The translations under genes were made by a program, and so were the position numbers. The notes beneath the pieces are model-generated. The model was given only the letters and a program-made list of their open reading frames with translations, ran no database searches and had not been told where the DNA came from. Positions 8,162 to 20,500 of a stretch of DNA of 30,647 nt are shown in pieces; the stretch's first letter is position 1; each line of letters starts with the position of its first letter. The stretch is from a virus (taxonomy: Duplodnaviria; Caudoviricetes), in IMG/VR virus record IMGVR_UViG_3300042402_001448, positions 1-30,647 of that record. One strand, written 5' to 3'.

Positions 8162-8169
8162 AATAAATA
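8162..8169 (+). promoter_or_regulatory. Putative late promoter (AATAAATA) upstream of gp6
   Basis: Same octamer as 2416-2423, in the 46-bp gp25-gp6 gap, 18 nt before the ATG. Confidence 0.7.
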
Positions 8170-8187
8170 TCAGTATAGGGAAAGAAA

Positions 8188-11100
8188 ATGACAACTACGT
8201 CTCGACAGAATAATTTAATTTTAAACCAGGACTGGAAAAGAATTTATCAGACCTTTAAAAATGCTGACTTTAAAAGCTATGATTTTGAAAATCTGCGTAG
8301 AGTTATTATTACCTATCTTCGTGAAAATTACCCAGAAGATTTCAACGATTACATCGAAAGTTCGGAATACCTAGCACTGATAGATGCAGTAGCATTTTTA
8401 GGTCAGAGTCTAGCCTTCCGTACTGATCTAGCCAGCAGAGAAAACTTTTTAGAACTAGCCGAAACCAAAGAATCTGTGTTGAGACTATCACGCCTGATTT
8501 CTTACAACAGTAGAAGAAATATTCCTGCACAGGGATTAATTAAATTTGACACAGTGTCTACAACAGAAGGTGTATTAGACAGCAATAACAAAAATCTTGC
8601 CAGCCAAACAATTATCTGGAATGATCCTACTAATTCAAATTGGCTAGAGCAATTTATTCTAGTTATGAATTCTGCAATGGCAGACAATACTGAGTTTGGC
8701 AGAAGCCAAGGCACAGATACAATTCAAGGCATCGATTCACAACAGTATAGATTTAGATCTAATTTTACAGATGTGCCAATTTTTAACTTTGAAAAAATAG
8801 TAGCCAGTAGAAAGATGCCGTTTGAACTAGTAAGCACTAGTTTTATCGGCGCAGAAGATTATTATGAAGAACCTCCTATTCCCGGCAGTCAATTAGGATT
8901 TGTATATAGACAAGATGGCAAAGGCAGCGCCAGTGCTAATACTGGATTCTTTATGTTATTGAAACAAGGCAGTCTAGAATTAACTGATTTCAGTGTTGAT
9001 GTTCCTACCACCAATGAAATAGTTTCTGTTGATGTTACCGGAATTAATGATGCAGATGTTTGGTTGTTTTCTACAAATTCAGACGGAACACAAGGAACTG
9101 AATGGACCAAAGTCAGCAGTATTACAGGCAGTAACATTGCCTACAACAGTATTAATTCAAACATAAGAAATATCTATAGTGTGATTACCAAAGAAGATGA
9201 TAAAATTGATTTGGTATTTGCAGACGGTACATATGGCAACTTGCCCCAAGGTGCTTTCAAAGCGTATTATAGAGTCAGCAACGGTCTAAACTATACAGTT
9301 AGTCCCGCTGAAATGCGAGCAATTAATATATCTGTGCCTTATATAAACAAAGCAGGAGTAAGGCACGAACTATTAATTAGTTGTAGTTTGAAATATACCA
9401 TTAGCACTGCAACAGCTTCAGAAGACATTGATAGTATCAAAGCTCGTGCGCCTGCAATTTATTACACACAGAATCGCATGATCACCGGAGAGGATTATAA
9501 TCTGGCTCCGTTGTCTAGCAGTCAAGATATTTTAAAAGTTAAAGCCATTAATCGAACCAGTAGCGGTATCAGTAGAAATTTTGATGTAATTGATGCTAGC
9601 GGAAAATACTCAAGTGTAAATGTTTTTGCCGATGACGGTGTGATATATAAAGAACAAACAGAAAGAACAGAATCTTTCAAGTATACCAACAGAATTGATA
9701 TTATAAATTATATTAGAAACAACATAGAACCCTTGCTAACCAACACAGATGTTTATAATTTTTATCTAACAAATTTTACAAAAATACAATTTACAGATTC
9801 AAATACACTTTGGACACAGATCACTAACGATGTAAATTCGTCCACTGGCTATTTTGTCAACAATATAGATCAGTCATTGTTTAAAGTTGGAACATATACC
9901 ACAAACTCTTTGAAATATGTGTTTGCAGGAGCACTGATTAAATTTGAACCCCCAGCCGGTAAGGCTTTTAAAAAGGGTGCAATTGTTAATATCAGTGCAA
10001 CGGATGTAGAACAGACAGATAGAATTTGGGTCAAAGTTGTTAAAATCACAGGTGATGGCACCAATGCTGGCCGTGGCGCACTTGCCAATGGACTTGGTCC
10101 TATAGTGTTTAATGATGTTGTGCCTACAGGAGCAATTGCAACACGGATTGTTCCTAGATTTATCAACAACTTGCCAACTGCTTTAGAAAATGAAATAACC
10201 AATCTCATCAGTTTGAATGTAAATTTTGGCCTAAGATATGAGTCTATAGAAAGTTCTTGGAAAATTATTACATCTGCAAACATTGATCTATTAAATGATT
10301 TCAGTCTAGGTCGAGCCGGAGATACCACTAACAGTAATCTAGACACAGCATGGATTATAGCGTTTGTTAGGCAAGCAGACAGTTATAATGTAAGAATTAG
10401 AGGACTAGATTATATTTTTAGAAGTCTAGAACAGAACAGGTTTTATTTTGATGTAAATCAAAAAACCTTTGATAGAAAAACCGGTAAAACAGTCAAAGAC
10501 AAAATTAATATTCTTGGTATAAATCCCGATAACGGTTTGATAACCGCTTTGAAAAATGACAAAACATTTGAGGTTAGCGATGTAATCAAATTTGAAGATG
10601 GTTATCAAAGCGCCAATGAAATAAAGCTATCATTTGCCGACAGCGATGATGATGGCGTTATTGATAATCCTGATTCATTCGAACAGATAGTTGGTCAAGA
10701 TCTAGATCTAAAATACTTGTTTTTTTATAAAACAACAGATGCTTCTGGATACACAACGTATTCCTATGTTGATAACATCAATGATACTATTCTAATTAGA
10801 CAAACTGAAAGCAATATTATTATTTCTGATTACGTCAACGGACAATTAATTTATTTTTATGCCAGTAATGAAAATAGAATAAAGCGTGTTGATCTAACCA
10901 CTAACACATTGATAATTGAATCTGATTACAAAGCAGTGATAGGTCGAGCTGATCTCAAATTTCAATATATTCATAATGCAAACATTGATCGAAGAATAGA
11001 TCCTAGTGTAAGTAATATAATGGATATTTTTCTTCTAACAAGAACCTACGATACCGAATTTAGAAAGTATATATCAGGAGCTATTCCTCAACCTGAAGCT

Positions 11101-11589
11101 CCTACTAGTGACGCATTGAGAATAGCATTTGGTAAACAGTTGAATTTAATCAAATCCATTAGTGATGAATTAATCTATCATCCTGTAAATTACAAAATTT
11201 TATTCGGTAGTACAGCCGATCCTAAACTACAGGCACAATTTAAAGTAGTTAAAAATCCGTATAAAACAATCAACGACAATGACCTAAAGGTGAGAATAGT
11301 CTCGGCTATTAATAGTTTCTTTGATATTAATAACTGGGATTTTGGAGACAGATTTTATCTAGGCGAATTAATTACATACATCACTAATGAAGTTGCTCCG
11401 GATGTTAGTAATCTTGTGATTGTACCTAGACAACCAGATCAAACATTCGGTAGCTTATTTGAAATACAAAGTCAACCAGAAGAAATTTTTATTAGCGGCG
11501 CAACAGTAGATGATATAGTGATTGTTACAGCAATTACTGCTGTTGAAATACGTGCAGAAGTAGCATCTATAGTAAACTCAACACAATAA
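8188..11589 (+). CDS. gp6: Baseplate wedge subunit, T4 gp6-like (enlarged, 1133 aa)
   Basis: DFKSYDFENLR...YPEDFNDYIESSE..ALIDAVAFLG...ENFLELAE...SVLRLSRLISY; VFADGTYGNLP; EDIDSIKARAP..YYTQNRMITGEDY; C-terminal WDFGDRFYLGEL. These are gp6/baseplate-J signatures, and the gene follows gp25. Confidence 0.9.
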   Translation: MTTTSRQNNLILNQDWKRIYQTFKNADFKSYDFENLRRVIITYLRENYPEDFNDYIESSEYLALIDAVAFLGQSLAFRTDLASRENFLELAETKESVLRLSRLISYNSRRNIPAQGLIKFDTVSTTEGVLDSNNKNLASQTIIWNDPTNSNWLEQFILVMNSAMADNTEFGRSQGTDTIQGIDSQQYRFRSNFTDVPIFNFEKIVASRKMPFELVSTSFIGAEDYYEEPPIPGSQLGFVYRQDGKGSASANTGFFMLLKQGSLELTDFSVDVPTTNEIVSVDVTGINDADVWLFSTNSDGTQGTEWTKVSSITGSNIAYNSINSNIRNIYSVITKEDDKIDLVFADGTYGNLPQGAFKAYYRVSNGLNYTVSPAEMRAINISVPYINKAGVRHELLISCSLKYTISTATASEDIDSIKARAPAIYYTQNRMITGEDYNLAPLSSSQDILKVKAINRTSSGISRNFDVIDASGKYSSVNVFADDGVIYKEQTERTESFKYTNRIDIINYIRNNIEPLLTNTDVYNFYLTNFTKIQFTDSNTLWTQITNDVNSSTGYFVNNIDQSLFKVGTYTTNSLKYVFAGALIKFEPPAGKAFKKGAIVNISATDVEQTDRIWVKVVKITGDGTNAGRGALANGLGPIVFNDVVPTGAIATRIVPRFINNLPTALENEITNLISLNVNFGLRYESIESSWKIITSANIDLLNDFSLGRAGDTTNSNLDTAWIIAFVRQADSYNVRIRGLDYIFRSLEQNRFYFDVNQKTFDRKTGKTVKDKINILGINPDNGLITALKNDKTFEVSDVIKFEDGYQSANEIKLSFADSDDDGVIDNPDSFEQIVGQDLDLKYLFFYKTTDASGYTTYSYVDNINDTILIRQTESNIIISDYVNGQLIYFYASNENRIKRVDLTTNTLIIESDYKAVIGRADLKFQYIHNANIDRRIDPSVSNIMDIFLLTRTYDTEFRKYISGAIPQPEAPTSDALRIAFGKQLNLIKSISDELIYHPVNYKILFGSTADPKLQAQFKVVKNPYKTINDNDLKVRIVSAINSFFDINNWDFGDRFYLGELITYITNEVAPDVSNLVIVPRQPDQTFGSLFEIQSQPEEIFISGATVDDIVIVTAITAVEIRAEVASIVNSTQ

Positions 11590-11593
11590 GATT

Positions 11594-14500
11594 ATGGCAA
11601 AAGATATTTTCCCTCAAAGTCAGTTACCAATTCGCAGAACTGTAGAACTTCTACCCGAAGTCTTTCAGACCGAAACCAATGCAAAATTTATGTCTGCAGT
11701 TGTTGATCCATTGGTTCAACCTGGTACATTATCTAAAACAGTTGGTTATGTAGGTCGTAGATATGGTAAAACTTATAACGGTTCGGATGTATATCTGGAC
11801 ACGGATACAACTCTTAGAAGTAGATACCAATTAGAACCTGGCGTCACAGTCAAAGAAAAAGATAAAGTAGAAAATTTTTATGATTATATCGATTTTAAAA
11901 ATCAATTGAAATTTTTTGGTAATAATCTAGAAAGAGATGATTTAATCACAGATCAGGATCATTATTCTTGGACCCCTCCAATTGACTGGGACAAGTTTGT
12001 AAATTTTCGTGAATACTACTGGGTGCCAGACGGCCCTCCCCCTGTTACTATATTTGGCCAACGGCAATCTATAACCAGCACATATAGAGTAAGATTAGGA
12101 GTGGGCTCATCATGGATATTCTTTCCGGACGGCCTATCGTTAAATCCCACCCTCACACTATATAGAGGACAAACGTACAAGTTCCAGGTCAATGCACCGG
12201 GCGAGGAGTTTGTTATTAAAACTGCCTACGATACCGGATCATTAATTTACAAACCTTATCTACCATACCAACAAGGTCAATTTGCTGTATTCAACAACAA
12301 GCTATGGAAAGCTAAAACTTTTATTGCTGTAACTGATGGAAGCACCATAGATGAAGATAGTCAGGATTGGGAATATGTCGAAGCAGCTAGTCAGGCTACT
12401 GCCTTAGACTACAATACAGGAATTACCGGTCAAGGAGCAACTAATGGTACTTTGACCTTTACTGTACCGTTAGATGCACCCGATGTGTTGTTTTATCAAA
12501 GCGCCACAGATATTAATAGATTTGGTAGGTTCCTTATTGCTGATATTGAATCGAATACCAAAATTGATATCGTCAATGAAGTCATTGGTAAAACTACATA
12601 TGTCAGCAGCAACGGTGTTACGTTTACCAACGGTATGAAAGTTAGATTTTCTGGTTTAGTAACACCTATAAAATATTCTGCTGACACTTGGGTAATAGAA
12701 GGAGTTGGAGAATCTATTAGATTAATAAGATTTCAAGACTTGTCCCCTCCAACTCTTAGCACATCGAGTTTAGAAGTGTTGTTTGACGATGGCGGATTTG
12801 ACACAGAGCCGTTTGATGATGCAGCCGCGTATCCAGAATCAAAAGACTATATTACAATTAACAGAGCCAGTCAAGATTCAAATCCTTGGAGCAGATATAA
12901 CAGATGGTTTCACAGATCAGTTCTAGAACAGGCCCACAGCTTCAATGATAGCGAGTTTGATTCGATAGAAACAGCAAGAGCCAAGAGGCCTATTATTGAA
13001 TTTTCTTCAAACCTGCAGTTATTCAATCACGGTAGTCTAGCAAAAACTCCGGTGGATTTTATTGATACTTTTACTACCGACGTATTTTCAACCATAGAAG
13101 GCAGTCTCGGTTATAACATTGACGGTGAAGAATTATTTAATGGTGCCAGATTATTAGTCACAGCAGATACCGATACATTAGCCAACAATAGAATTTATAC
13201 AGTTAATTTTATTACTCATAATAATCGTAGACAAATTAATTTAGTAGAAACTACTGACGCAAATTCTACCATCGGTGACGGAGTATTTGTTAGACGAGGT
13301 TTACTAAACAAAGGAATAATGTATCATTTTAACGGTACATCTTGGGTGCCTAGTCAAAAGAAAACCGCAGTAAATCAAAGTCCGTTATTTGATGTATTTG
13401 ACGATAATGGTGTCAGTTACGGAGACATGGATACATATCCTGTTAGCAGTTTCTTAGGAACTAAACTAGTAAGCTATAAAGTTGGAAACAGTATTGTTGA
13501 TACCGAATTAGGATTTAGCTTAAGTTATCTAAATATCAACAATGTAGGAGATATTGAATTTAATTTTGACTGGGATATAGATTCATTTGATTATCATTCT
13601 AGTAACGAAGTATTTTTTAAAACCATAAGACAGGGGTATTATAAATTTACTAATACAGGAAGTTATGCTAACGGATGGCTTAAATCTGATCGAACATATT
13701 TACAGCCAGTAATTTACAGCACCACAGTTACTGAAGCTTCAACAAAAATTGTCAGTGATGGAATCAAATGGACAGATGTTCAAGATGATGAAATTTCTAA
13801 AATTTTAATCTACATAAATGGAATAAAATATTCTGGAAACTACACTAGAAATCAAAATATTTTTACGTTTCCTACCAGTCTTAACATAAATGACGTTGTT
13901 ACCGTTAAGGTTTTTGCAGATGCAGATCCTCATCTAGGATATTATGAGATTCCAGTAGGACTTGAAAAAAATCCCTTAAACGATGAAGTAAAAACATTTA
14001 CTCTAGGACAGGCTGTTGACCATGTTTCAACAGCAATAGATCTATTCGATCAATTCAGTGGGTCGTATCCGGGATTAAGTAATCTAAGAGATATCACAGG
14101 TTATCAAAATCTTTCAAGAAGATTTTTAAAACACTCAGGAATCACACCCACAGCAATAATGTTAATGTGCGACAAGCACGTAAACATTATTAAATCTATT
14201 CAGTACGCAAAAAAATCTTACACAGAATTTAAAAATAACTTTATTAAATTTGCCGAAACTGCCACATACAATCTAGATCCTGTTGAATTTGTTGATGAAA
14301 TATTGGCCATTATGTCTAAAGTTAAAACGCAAAAAGATGCGTTTGCAGATTCTGATATGGCGGGCAGTGGCGCCTACAATCTCAAAGAATACGTTGTAGA
14401 AGACACAGAAATTATAACTTTTGCACTGAATACAAAATTTAACTTAACTCAACTTAGCAGAACAGCAGTATATATCTATATAAACAATGTGCAGTTGATT

Positions 14501-17500
14501 CACGGTATTGATTATACATTTAATGATACGTTTGGATTTGTGAGTATTTCCAAAGCACTAACAGAAGGGGATATTATTCAAATAAAAGAATATGTTTCTT
14601 CAAGTTTCTGTTTTATTCCACCAACCCCTTCAAAATTGGGTTTATATAAAACCTACATCCCGTCTTTGTTTTTAGATGATACCTACGTAACTCCTATTAA
14701 TGTTATTCAAGGTCACGACGGCAGTATCACAGTAGCTTATGGTGATTTTAGAGATGATGTATTATTAGAATTAGAAAAACGCATCTACAACAACATCAAG
14801 CAAGAATACACAGAAGATTTGTTTAGCCAAGATAATATTCTTGGAGGATACTACGGATCGTCTACGTACACTAAACAAGAATTAGACAGCGTGATTAGTT
14901 CTGAATTTCTAAGATGGTTTTCTGAAACAAATGTAGACTACCTGACCAACACATTTTTTGACAGTGAAGATTCTTTTACATATACCTATTCAAATATGGG
15001 AGATCCAACTGGCCAGCTAAATTTACCTGGATGGTGGAGAGGAGTTTATACTTGGTTATACGACACTGATAGACCACATCGTTGTCCTTGGGAAATGTTA
15101 GGATTCAGTCAACAACCTAGTTGGTGGGAAGACCAATACGGGTCAGCCCCATATACAAGTAATAATTTGCTATTGTGGGAAGATCTAGCTAGCGGTATAA
15201 TCCGCCAAGGATCTCGAGCAGGAACGTATGATAGATATAAAAGAGCCACGTTGCTAAATCATATTCCTGTAGACGGAGACGGCAACCTGTTAAGTCCATT
15301 TGAATCCGGAGCAGCTACTAATTTTGTTTTATACAACAACAAAGGCACATTTAAATTTGGTGATATAGCTCCAGTGGAATATGCTTGGCGTAGCAGCAGT
15401 GATTATCCATTTGTTATTATGTTGGCATTATGTCTAATGAGGCCTTATGAATTTATCATCGAAACTCTTGATAAATCTAGAATCAAAGTCAACAAAATTG
15501 GTCAAACAGTTAATAAAAATACAAATTTATTTTTTAAGAATTCAGACATTATTATTCCAACATCCGGAGGCAATCAAACTTCCGGCCTTGTAAATTATGT
15601 TGTGGATTATTTAAAATCAAGAGGATTAACTGAATCAGTACTGCAACAGAAAGTAGATAATTTAGATGTTAATTTGTCCACTAGATTAAGCGGATTTGTA
15701 GATCAAGGCCAACAAAAATATATTTTAGACAGTAAAAATCCCAGTGCCAGTACTAGCAATATTTTTCTTCCTCAAGAAAATTATGACATTAATTTTAATA
15801 TCAGCGCACCAATTTCCAGTCCCAGTTACAGTGCAGTAGTAGTTGAAAAACTAGCTAGCGGTTTTAAACTTTTTGGTTATGACATTAGTGAGCCTTACTT
15901 TAGATATTTCGAAGCGGTTAAAAGCACTAATGATCCGTTGATATCAGTTGGCGGTGTTAGTGAAAATTTCATCGACTGGGAAGCCAACAAGATTTTTGGT
16001 AATGGAACAATAATTAGAGTGGCTGATATTTTTTACAGATGTATTAAATCACACACAAGTGGCATAGAATTTGACGCACAATTTTGGCAAAGAATTGCAA
16101 AATTACCGTTGGTTGGCGCAGTAGAAGTTTTTAGAAGAAGAACGGTAAACAGTGCCACAGTAAAAGAACTACCTTACGGCACAGTATTTGCATCTCTACA
16201 AGACATAGCAGATTTTATTATAGGTTATGATGCATATCTGCAATCACAGGGATTTGAGTTTACTGGCTACGATGGAAATCTAGAATCAGCCAAAGATTGG
16301 ACAACGTCAATTAAAGAATTATTGTTTTGGTCCAAGCATAAATGGGCCGAAAGTTCATTGATTACGTTAAGTCCTGCCGCTGCAAAAATAGAGTTAAACA
16401 TTGACATCGGAGTTGCTGACAATCTGCTTGATAGCTTTTATGATTATAATATTTTAAAAGTTGATGGAACTATTCTGCCTATAGAATTTATAAATGTTAA
16501 CAGGGAGTTTAAAAAATTAACAGTAGATGTTGTCAACGATTCAGACGGCATATACTTCTTTAGATGTTATTTTGTTTTAAAAGAACATGTAACAATTTTT
16601 GATGATCGCACAGTGTTCAACGATGTGATATATGATAAGCCAACAGGTTATCGTCAAGAACGCATTAAGAGTCGCGGATTCCGCACAGTTGACTGGGACG
16701 GTGATTATACCAGCCCTGGATTCTTGTTTGACAATGTCAATATACAGATCTGGCAACCATTTACTGATTATAAACTAGGTGACATTGTCAATTACAAATC
16801 TTACAATTGGACCAGCCTGGTAAATCAACAAGGATCTGTTCAATTCAAAGATAGTAATTGGACTAAATTAGACACAACTCCTGCCAAAGGATTAATCAGC
16901 AATTTTGATGTTAGGGTTAGCCAGTTTGAAGATTATTACAACGTGGATGCTGACGGCGCAGGTGCTAGTCAGCGTGAGCTAGCAAGACACCTCATAGGAT
17001 ATCAAACTAGAGAATATTTACAGAATCTTGCAGAAGATAATGTCACACAATTTAAATTGTATCAAGGTTTTATCAGAGAAAAAGGTACAGCCAACGCTGT
17101 GGTCAAAGTTTTTGACAAACTTAGTAGGATCACTGCCGACAGTATTGTGCTAGATGAGGAATGGGCATTTAATGTTGGTCGATTAGGAGGGCTAGATCAA
17201 CTTAATGAAATAGAATTTGAAATTGTTAAAGATAATCTGTTGGTAAATCCACAGGCCATAGTTGTCACAAATGGACCAATTTCTAAAAATTCATCAGACA
17301 AATATCTAAGAGTAAATCAAACTAACTTTACTAGGTCTCTAATTCCTTACAATGTTAATATCAATCCCTTGATCAACTATCAAGGAATTACTAGAAATGC
17401 CGGATACGTTAAAACAGATCAAATAGAATTATTTGTAAAATCAAGAGAAGACATACTATCACTAGATATTTCATCGTTGATTGAAAATTCTCACATATGG

Positions 17501-20500
17501 GTTACTTTCGATAATGCATCTTGGACAGTATTAAGGTTTAATCTCAACACAGCCCTAACAATTGAAGATATTGTCAAAGATTCTACTACAAACATAGTTA
17601 CTGTAACCGTAAGTCAAAAACACGGACTAACTGTAGATGAAATTGTAGGTATAAAAGACATTATAAATTTTACCGGATTTTATAAAGTTGTAGCGGTCAC
17701 TGATTATACCTTTGCTGTTCAAGCTGCCGCTGGACCTGTGCCAGATACTCCAGATACCAGTTCCATACAATACAACATATATCTGTTGACTCAATCTCGA
17801 TTTAATTCTTATCAGGATATCGAAGATCAAACCGCTGCCCTGTTAAAGCAAGGATCAAAATTATGGATAGACAACGCCGATACAACAGTGGGCAACTGGG
17901 AGGTCGTTGAAAAACAAAGACTGTACGTTGAAAAAATCATTACTAATTTTGGAGCTACAGATCCTAGAAATACAGGAAGAGCTGTAGTATATGCTGCTAA
18001 TCTCAATCAGGTCATCACAGGTATACCTTCTGCCAACTCTGTAATGGTTTACTCGGAAACTGCCACAGGATTATCTGTAAAAGAAATACTACAACCAGAG
18101 ACTGAATTTACAAATACAACGGCAAATAGTTTTGGAGATGCTATTGCTATTAGTCCTGATAATGTTTGGTTGGCAGTAGGAGCTCCCTTAGCTTCCGGAG
18201 TACCTAGTAGATTCAAAGGAATTTACGAAGACACTTACTCGTACATTGCCGGCGATATAGTGTTGCAAAATGGAAAATTATGGGAAGCTACCAACGATCA
18301 ACAACCTGGTGATGGCAGCACCAACACTCTTAACACATTGTCTGTGAATTTTAGAAATGAAGACTGGAAACTTGTTGATATAGTCTATGCCAATGCATCG
18401 GGATCTCTAGGACCAGCAAATCAAGGTTTAGTAGTTCTGTACAAACGAAAAAATAATGCATGGGAATTGCAACATACAATTCTTAGTCCTCGAATTGAAG
18501 CAAATGAAAAGTTTGGATCAAGTGTTTCTATTGGAGTTTCCGGAGCAAATTATTACATGTCGATCTCTGCTCCGGGATCTCTCAACGACCTAGGCAGAGT
18601 ATATCTTTACAAATACACCGGTACAACAGCAGGATCAACTACACAGATTCTTACATTTAATGGTAATAATGCTGTAAATTATGTAGTGAATACAATTACA
18701 TTTTCAAGAAATCATAATTATATTACGGGACAACTTGTAAGATATCTCAACGGCACATTTGCTGGAGATGATAAATCTGCAGCAACATCACCACCACCAC
18801 CTGAAGATTACACAATTTTGTATGTAATAAGAATTACAGATACTGTCATACAATTAGCAACTTCAGTAGTAAACGCTACAACCGGAACAGAAATTGACCT
18901 CAAAGATTTTGGTATAGATGATTCAAGTTCTCATACTTTAGTCAGTACAGCAACTGTTGGTTGGAAACAAATGGGAGATCCTGAATACAGAGGATTGTAT
19001 ACCAATAGCGCTAGTTCTGTCTACAGTCAAGGATCCAAAGTTTGGTATGAAGGAAAAATATATCAGGCACTAGAAGACACCTACGGTGATGGAACATCGC
19101 TTGATTTATCTACCAGCAATTCTTGGCAAGTGTTAGATGACTCTGTGACTGAAGTGTCACTGCCATCGAACATAGCCTTAATTGACAGTGGAAATGTTCT
19201 TCCAATTCTTCAAGACAGTTCTACAGCTATTCTAGGATCAGTATATCCTTTGGTTGCTGCAGGCAGTTTTAAAGTAGGTGAAATCTACAGAATTGAAGAT
19301 TATGGTACTACAAATTTTCAACTTATCGGTAATAATCCTGAAGCCGGAGACGGTCTAACATTTAAAGCCACTGGAGTTGGATCAGGCACAGGCACAGCTA
19401 GATGGACATCCTATCAGTTTGCAGAATTAATTAAAGCCGGCGATATGTTTGGTCAAAGTCAAGCCATGAGTCGAGACGGCAGTATTTTAGTAGTCGGAGC
19501 CCCCGAAAGTGACGGAATATACATTGCTAATTACAAAGGTTTGTGGACAAATTATCAAACATACTACGAAGATGATGTAGTAAAGTATGCTGGAACTTAT
19601 TATAGATTGGTTGACTATGATCCTATTACAGGTGGCGAAGCAGATTCGTCTGAAGATTCTACTTATATAACAACTAGTAAAAATGATATTCCCACAAGCA
19701 GCAGTCTTCAAGGCCCGTGGACTTTTGTTAGCTCTGAACTTTCTCTTCCTTCTGGAAAGATTTTTATCTACAAAAGAAATGCCAGCGACGTCTACGAACT
19801 AGCTCAAACAATTACTGCCGGTTCGCTAACTGAAATTAGTGATGTATTAAATGTTGACAATCTAAATACTGGAGACAAATTTGGAGCAGCAGTAGACATT
19901 GACTATAACGGAACTACAATTATTGCTAGCAGTCCCTTAGCAGATGTAAAATCTACTGACCAAGGTGCGGTGTTTGTGTTTAAATCAGAACAATTAAATG
20001 ATATTTCTTATAGATTGAAACAAAGACTAATTAGCCACGAAAATTATACCAATGAATATTTTGGTTCTGCTATTAGTATAAGCCCTGCAACAGAAAAAAT
20101 AGTTGTTGGCGCCACTAATGCCAGTTTCAATCTGTTTACAATATATGATCAAGGTTCTACATCTTTTGATAATACAAACACTACATTTAGTTCCGACGAA
20201 GGTAATACAGGACAAGTTTATGTATTTGAAAGAAAAGATCAAACATATCATCTAACAGAAAAATTATATGTACCAGACCTACAAGACTGGGAATCATTTG
20301 GTTCTAGTGTAGATTGTGTTGGATCAGTGATAGCTGTGGGATCTCCTACCTATCGCGATACTGTGTATAGAATAGGTGTAAATTTTGCTACTACACCCTT
20401 ATTACCAGGCAGCGGATTAACAGTAGATGTAATTATTCAAGATGGAGTTATTATATCTGCAACTGCAAATGATTCTGGTTCAGGATATGCTGTTAATAAT

